Shown: positions 59,237 to 64,000 of the stretch, piece by piece
How positions within the stretch are numbered: position 1 is the first letter of the stretch
Layout of the letters: each line of letters starts with the position of its first letter
From: Eledone cirrhosa
Taxonomy: Eukaryota
Length of the DNA: 64,000 bases
Direction: 5' to 3'
NCBI GenBank assembly: GCA_964016885.1
Contig: OZ024745.1
Span: forward strand, 103,726,001 to 103,790,000
Translations under genes and position numbers: made by a program
Notes under the pieces: generated by a model
What the model was told of the DNA's origin: nothing
The model's database searches: none
What the model saw: only the letters and a program-made list of their open reading frames with translations

Positions 59237-59548
59237 TAATAATTGTTTCTACTTTAGGCACAAGGCCAGCAATTACCCAGTGCATTACTGGTACTTTATT
59301 TTATCGACCCCGTAAGGATGAAAGGCAAAGTAAACCTCGGCGGGATTTGAACTCAGAATGGCAAGGGCCGTAACTCTATGTGTCAAAGCATGGCGTCCGA
59401 CCCTCTACTGATACTGCCAATCAATAATTGTTTCTACTTTTGGCACAAGGCCAGCAATTTCCCAGTGTATTACTGGTACTTTATTTTATCGACCCCGTAA
59501 GGATGAAAGGCAAAGTTAACCTCGGCGGGATTTGAACTCAGAATGGCA
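59237..59548 (-). mobile_element. Family-B SINE, tandem near-full plus partial copies
   Basis: Two near-identical AATAATTGTTT(T)CTACTTT…GAACTCAGAATGGCAA segments. Confidence 0.9.
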
Positions 59549-59570
59549 ATCAATAATGACAGGCCAAAAT

Positions 59571-59890
59571 ACTGTAAAGTGGTTGTGGTGGTGATATGGT
59601 AAAAGGCACCCAGTCCACACTGTAAAGTGGTTGTGTAGGTGTCATGACAAAAAGCACCCAGTCCACACTGCAAAGTGGTCATGGAGGTATCACGACACAA
59701 GCACCCAGTACTCACTGTAAATGAGGTTGGTATTAGGAAGAGCATTCAGCTGTAGAAACCAAGCCAAAATCAGTCCTGTATGAACAACACATGGACACCT
59801 GACCTAACATTGCCCACAACAGAACAACTCATCTAACCCATGTCAGCATGGAAAAAGGGACGTAAAACGATGGTGATGATGATGAATGAC
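59571..59890 (+). mobile_element. SINE family C with internal 48-bp repeats and (ATG)n tail
   Basis: Repeated GCACCCAGTCCACACTG(T/C)AAAGTGG units followed by the family tail. Confidence 0.85.
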
Positions 59891-60413
59891 GATGTTGATA
59901 TGGTGATGGTTATGATGATAAAGGTGGTATTTTTATTTGAGCCTCTCCTCTCATATTCCTAATGTAGGTACAGTTTGTAATAGTTTACAGATTCCAATGA
60001 AATACCATTAAATCAAATTCATAAGAGTAAGTGTAAAAATATATGCAGAAAACAATGTATAATGTATGAAATATAAACGCACACAGCTGTGAAGTGTCAT
60101 GGTCAAAACTTTTCATTTTAACAATAATTTTATGGTGAAATTATCATTTATGGAGACAATATTTATAAAATATATGAAAATTCTTCATGTGTCACAGAAA
60201 CTCAGCAAAACATGACATAGTCAGTTTACATTAAAATTTTATAAAGACCAAATAAACAATAGATTTTTATCTGTGTATTTTTTTTTCTCTCTGTTTTTGT
60301 CTTTTTGTATGTATATGTGTATGTGTGAGTGTGTGTGTGCTTGTGTGTATTAAAGTGTACTTTCACACTTCCTTTCACAAACACACATATTTACACACAC
60401 ATACACATATATG

Positions 60414-60755
60414 TGGAGGCACATGGCTTAGTGGTTAGAGCATTGGGCTTGCAATCGAAAGGTTGCGAATTCAATTCTCAGACCGGGTGATGTGTTGTTT
60501 CCTTGAGCAAGACACTTTATTTCACATTGCTCCAGTTTACTCAGCTGTAGAAATGAGATGATAGGACTGGGGTCCCTATCATTCCACTGCAAAGTGGTCG
60601 TGGAGGTGCCACGGCAAAAAAGCACCCAGCACTCACTGTAAATGAGGTTGGTGTTAGGAAGGGCATCCAGCTGTAGAAATCAAGCCAGAATCAGTTCCCG
60701 TCCCACCCTTGCAAGCAGAGAAAAGCGGACGTAAAATGATGATGATGATGATGAT
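60414..60755 (+). mobile_element. Full-length SINE family A
   Basis: Near-identical to 50,189-50,528. Confidence 0.93.
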
Positions 60756-61317
60756 ACCATAATAAAAAGTATGGGTTAGTAGCAGGAAGGGTCATTTAAT
60801 AGGCAAGTAACTAAACTCCTACTGCTTGCCTTCCCACACCAACCCCTGTTTAAAATAGATGGTAGAGGTGTGAAAGGTGAGTCTCTGGTACATCAAAACC
60901 ATCAACTCTGGGCAGGTGGGAAATGTCAGCCTTATCAGGCAGCCTATCTAACCATCATCACAAAAGAGGCAGACTCCTCAGCCTTGATTGGCAACAGCCT
61001 AGAAGACTGTCTAAAGAAGACTGCCTATGAACTGATAACCTGACTATGACAGATGAACCCCAGATGTAAAGGGTGAAGCCGGTTATGTTCACACTGCTCC
61101 TCATCTTAAAACCCCAGAGTGCAGGCATGAACAGTACTACCACATCTCAAAACTAACATACGTGAGTCCTTGGCCAGGCCAGAAGGACAGTGTTAGGCTG
61201 TAGTGAGGGAGGAACATGTGTGAGGTTTGAGCTGCCTATTACTAGAGAGAGGGGTGGGGTCACAGAATAATTGAGTGACATCTGATGGCATAGTGATGTT
61301 GGGAGAGGCATAGCATG

Positions 61318-61480
61318 GCTTTCCATGCTTGCATGGGTTATACGGGTTGTCCATGTTGAGAGACAAGTCTGGCCAGAACTGGCCACACCATACTTTGCTC
61401 CGACGGGACTAAATTTGGCTGGTAATTTTATAGCTGGATACCCTTCCTAACACCAACGACAATTACAGTGTGGAACTAGA
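61318..61480 (-). mobile_element. SINE family C fragment
   Basis: TTCCATGCTTGCATGGGTTA…GCTGGATACCCTTCCTAACACC. Another fragment lies at 62,422-62,560. Confidence 0.7.
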
Positions 61481-62275
61481 TGGCACCGTTATGAGGTGGG
61501 ACAGGCCAGTTAGCCATGCTTAACCCATCCTACTGTGGAACCATAGTTTTGGAGCCTGGTACTGGATAGCACTGATAGAAGTATATATATATATATCACA
61601 ATAAAATGCACATGTACTTATATAAATATGTGTGTATGTGCAGATATATATATTTTTTCAAAAATATCATGCAGTGGAATCAAATCTGGAACCTAATAAA
61701 TGGAAGTAAACTTCTTAACCATACAGCCATCCCTGCAGCCACAAATTTGAATTTTTTTAATGTTATGAAATACAAGTAGAACATTCCAACACATTCTATA
61801 GCACTTGTATAATTTTTGTTTTGTTTAATTAAGAGGGTCAGGCAGTGCCCATAACTTATTAGCAGGACATCTGAAATAGGTGGAGGAAAGTCTGGAACAT
61901 ACTACAACTCATATATTACTGTAGGAGGAAGCAGCACATCAAGTTACTGATGTTGTTGATTTATTGTAACAAAGTAGACTCTGCTAAAAGACATCCAAGA
62001 CACTGAGATGTCAAACCAGACAATGGATTAAGCCTACCACCAAGAACTGACACAGCTTATCTGTCTGGTACTGTTTTCACTGACCCACTTTAACTCTTTC
62101 ATAAAGTATTAATTGTCTTGGCTACAGACAAATGAGGTGCAATCTCCAATAATGCTCTGTTAACATTTGAACTAGTCAACAGTAAATAACTCAACCAACT
62201 GTGACCATCACATATAAAATATAACATCTGATGAATGCTGTTTATCTACCCTTTTCATGCTTCTTCTTGTTGCTA

Positions 62276-62276
62276 C

Positions 62277-62319
<43 letters not shown>
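62276..62319. repeat. (GTT)n microsatellite, probably a family-D tail
   Basis: Pure GTT run abutting family-D sequence. Confidence 0.9.
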
Positions 62320-62322
<3 letters not shown>

Positions 62323-62689
62323 AGCCCAAGTTGTACATGATCAAACAGGAACATGTTCAAAAACAGTTAAGCCATGACAAGTTTTTTTGTTTTTTATCAG
62401 GAAAAATATATTTGTGACTATATCATCACCATTTTATATATATTTTCCACACTTGCATGGTTTAAACAAGTTATTACATTGTGGTTAGACTGGCATGTCA
62501 GACAACTGTCTCTTGCTCATATGTTAAATTTTGGTATGGTTTCTATGGCTGGGTGCCCTTACTTTCTCTCCCTCTCTCTCTCTCACTTGGGAAATTCTTC
62601 AGGCATACTATAATTGAGAGGTGTTGGAAACAGAATACAGCTTTGCTAGTGAATTTCACTAGATTGAATGTTGACAGGTTCAAATTCCT

Positions 62690-62960
62690 TGCTGTAAAAG
62701 TGAACTTTTGCTCATATAGAAATGTAGCATGCTTTTATTAGGTTTAGCAGCTTCACAGGCATCCCTACCCCCTCCTTGCAACCATAATGTCCCAGCGTGT
62801 ACTGTAGTTGACAGAATCAAAAGATGCTGCAAAGTTGACAAAAAGAAGTGATGGTTTTCTGCTGGTAGCTCCAGGGATATTCCAGAACCCGTCTTAAAGG
62901 GGAGATTTGACCTGTGCTGCCTTAGTCCTGATGAAAACCCTGCAGATTTTGTCAGGTGTA
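62690..62960 (-). mobile_element. Decayed LINE reverse-transcriptase fragment (RTE-like)
   Basis: Frameshifted translation QGFHQD*GSTGQISPLRRVLEYPWSYQQ / FVNFAASFDSVN…WDIM / GMPVKLLNLIKACY matches the RT motifs QxGFR…DQIFxLR…FxDFxxAFDSV…GxPxK. Confidence 0.85.
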
Positions 62961-63744
62961 TTGTTAACATTCCTTTTGAAATTTTTTTTGTGGTAACCAG
63001 AGAAATCTTCATTGGTTTGAACTGTTGATAACTGTTAATGTTGTTTAATCCCAGATCAGCCTTAATTGAGAAGGTTTATGGGAAAAAGCATTCCAGCCAC
63101 CAACATATTCTCTGTTTATCCAGTATGTCCAATCTTTTCTAAAATGGTGGGTTGTAATGTTAGAGAAATCTCTTAGCTTGAACTGTTCATACTTGCTGCT
63201 GTGAATAACTCCAGATCAGATCAGATCTGATAAAAAATTAACCCAACCATGACCATCATGTCACTTAACTGATTCATACTTAGTGCAACAATAAATAGAC
63301 CTCTTTACAAGTCACTGAAATCTGATACTGACAGAACATAGATGTATTAATAAACCATATTTCTATAATATACATAATAAATCAACTTGCTTGCAGTTTA
63401 TAATGGAATTCTTACAGTATTTTATTAATGCTTCAAAATAAATGAAAAGTACTAAATAGATGTGTGTGTGTGTGTGTGTGTATTTGTTTATTAATATGTG
63501 AATATATATATATGTGTTTGTGTGCATATGTGAGTTTGTGAATGAATGTGAGTGCATGTTTCCATATGTATGTGTGTATATAAGTATGTGTACGTTCATG
63601 TATGTGTTCCTATATGTGTGAGTGCAAGCATATACGAGAATGTGTACATGTGAATAATCTATTACCTAACTAACATGTAACAAAAAAACTAATCTTCCTG
63701 TGACTGTTTCCTTAATTATTGATCTGCAGAAATAGAGAAGGCAT

Positions 63745-63930
63745 GTTGTTGTTGTTGTTTAGACCCAGGTGAACCCTAATTGAACCAACTTATGACTAAA
63801 GACATTCCAGCTGTGACCATCCTCTCTCTGGGACGAAACTAGGACTACATTATCTAATTATGTGTGTTTACTTTTTACCGATGTCAAGTTGTGTGATTTG
63901 AGGAAAATTTAGCTGGTATTTCTATCTCTT
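63745..63930 (-). mobile_element. Repeat family D copy
   Basis: (GTT)n-TAGACCCAGG…GACATTCCAGCTGTGACCATCC…GGACTACATT; best-preserved copy in the window. Confidence 0.65.
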
Positions 63931-64000
63931 TAGTTGGCTGAGTAGTAGGCAATATATGATAAAGTATATTCTAGTCATATGATAAAGTATATTCTGGACA

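Noticed and set aside
50203-60625. Repeated ORFs …LSKLEQCEIKCLAQG… as a gene family
   Set aside because: These are antisense translations of SINE family A copies.
62742-63028. Plus-strand Cys-rich frame with one in-frame TGA (selenoprotein-like), and the 110-aa minus ORF
   Set aside because: Better explained as shadows of the frameshifted LINE reverse-transcriptase fragment on the minus strand.

Overview
Eukaryotic, gene-poor DNA. The AT-rich flank and its SINE/RTE/microsatellite content resemble a cephalopod (Octopus-like) genome; this is an inference, not verified. Bases 1-~37,750 are one tandem array of a 50-bp, 92% G+T unit (TATTGGTGGTGGGGGTGTGGTGGTCTTGGTGCTAGTGTTGTTGTTGTTGT, about 740 copies by length), split by a 200-N gap. 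Its variants are ordered into kb-scale higher-order duplications and domains. Bases ~37,750-64,000 are a mosaic of tRNA-derived SINEs (several families, one apparently young), three decayed RTE-clade LINE fragments, TTAA/piggyBac-like and hAT-like MITEs (some nested), microsatellites and two long hairpin-forming inverted repeats. It also holds a few candidate exons, including a pair of paralogous pseudo-exons. No complete protein-coding gene is recognisable, and most supplied ORFs are repeat artefacts. I found no clear new multi-gene system. The best leads are the structured satellite, the self-complementary SINE palindrome, the 159-bp inverted repeat and the codon-conserved exon pair. Repeat boundaries were read by eye and are approximate.
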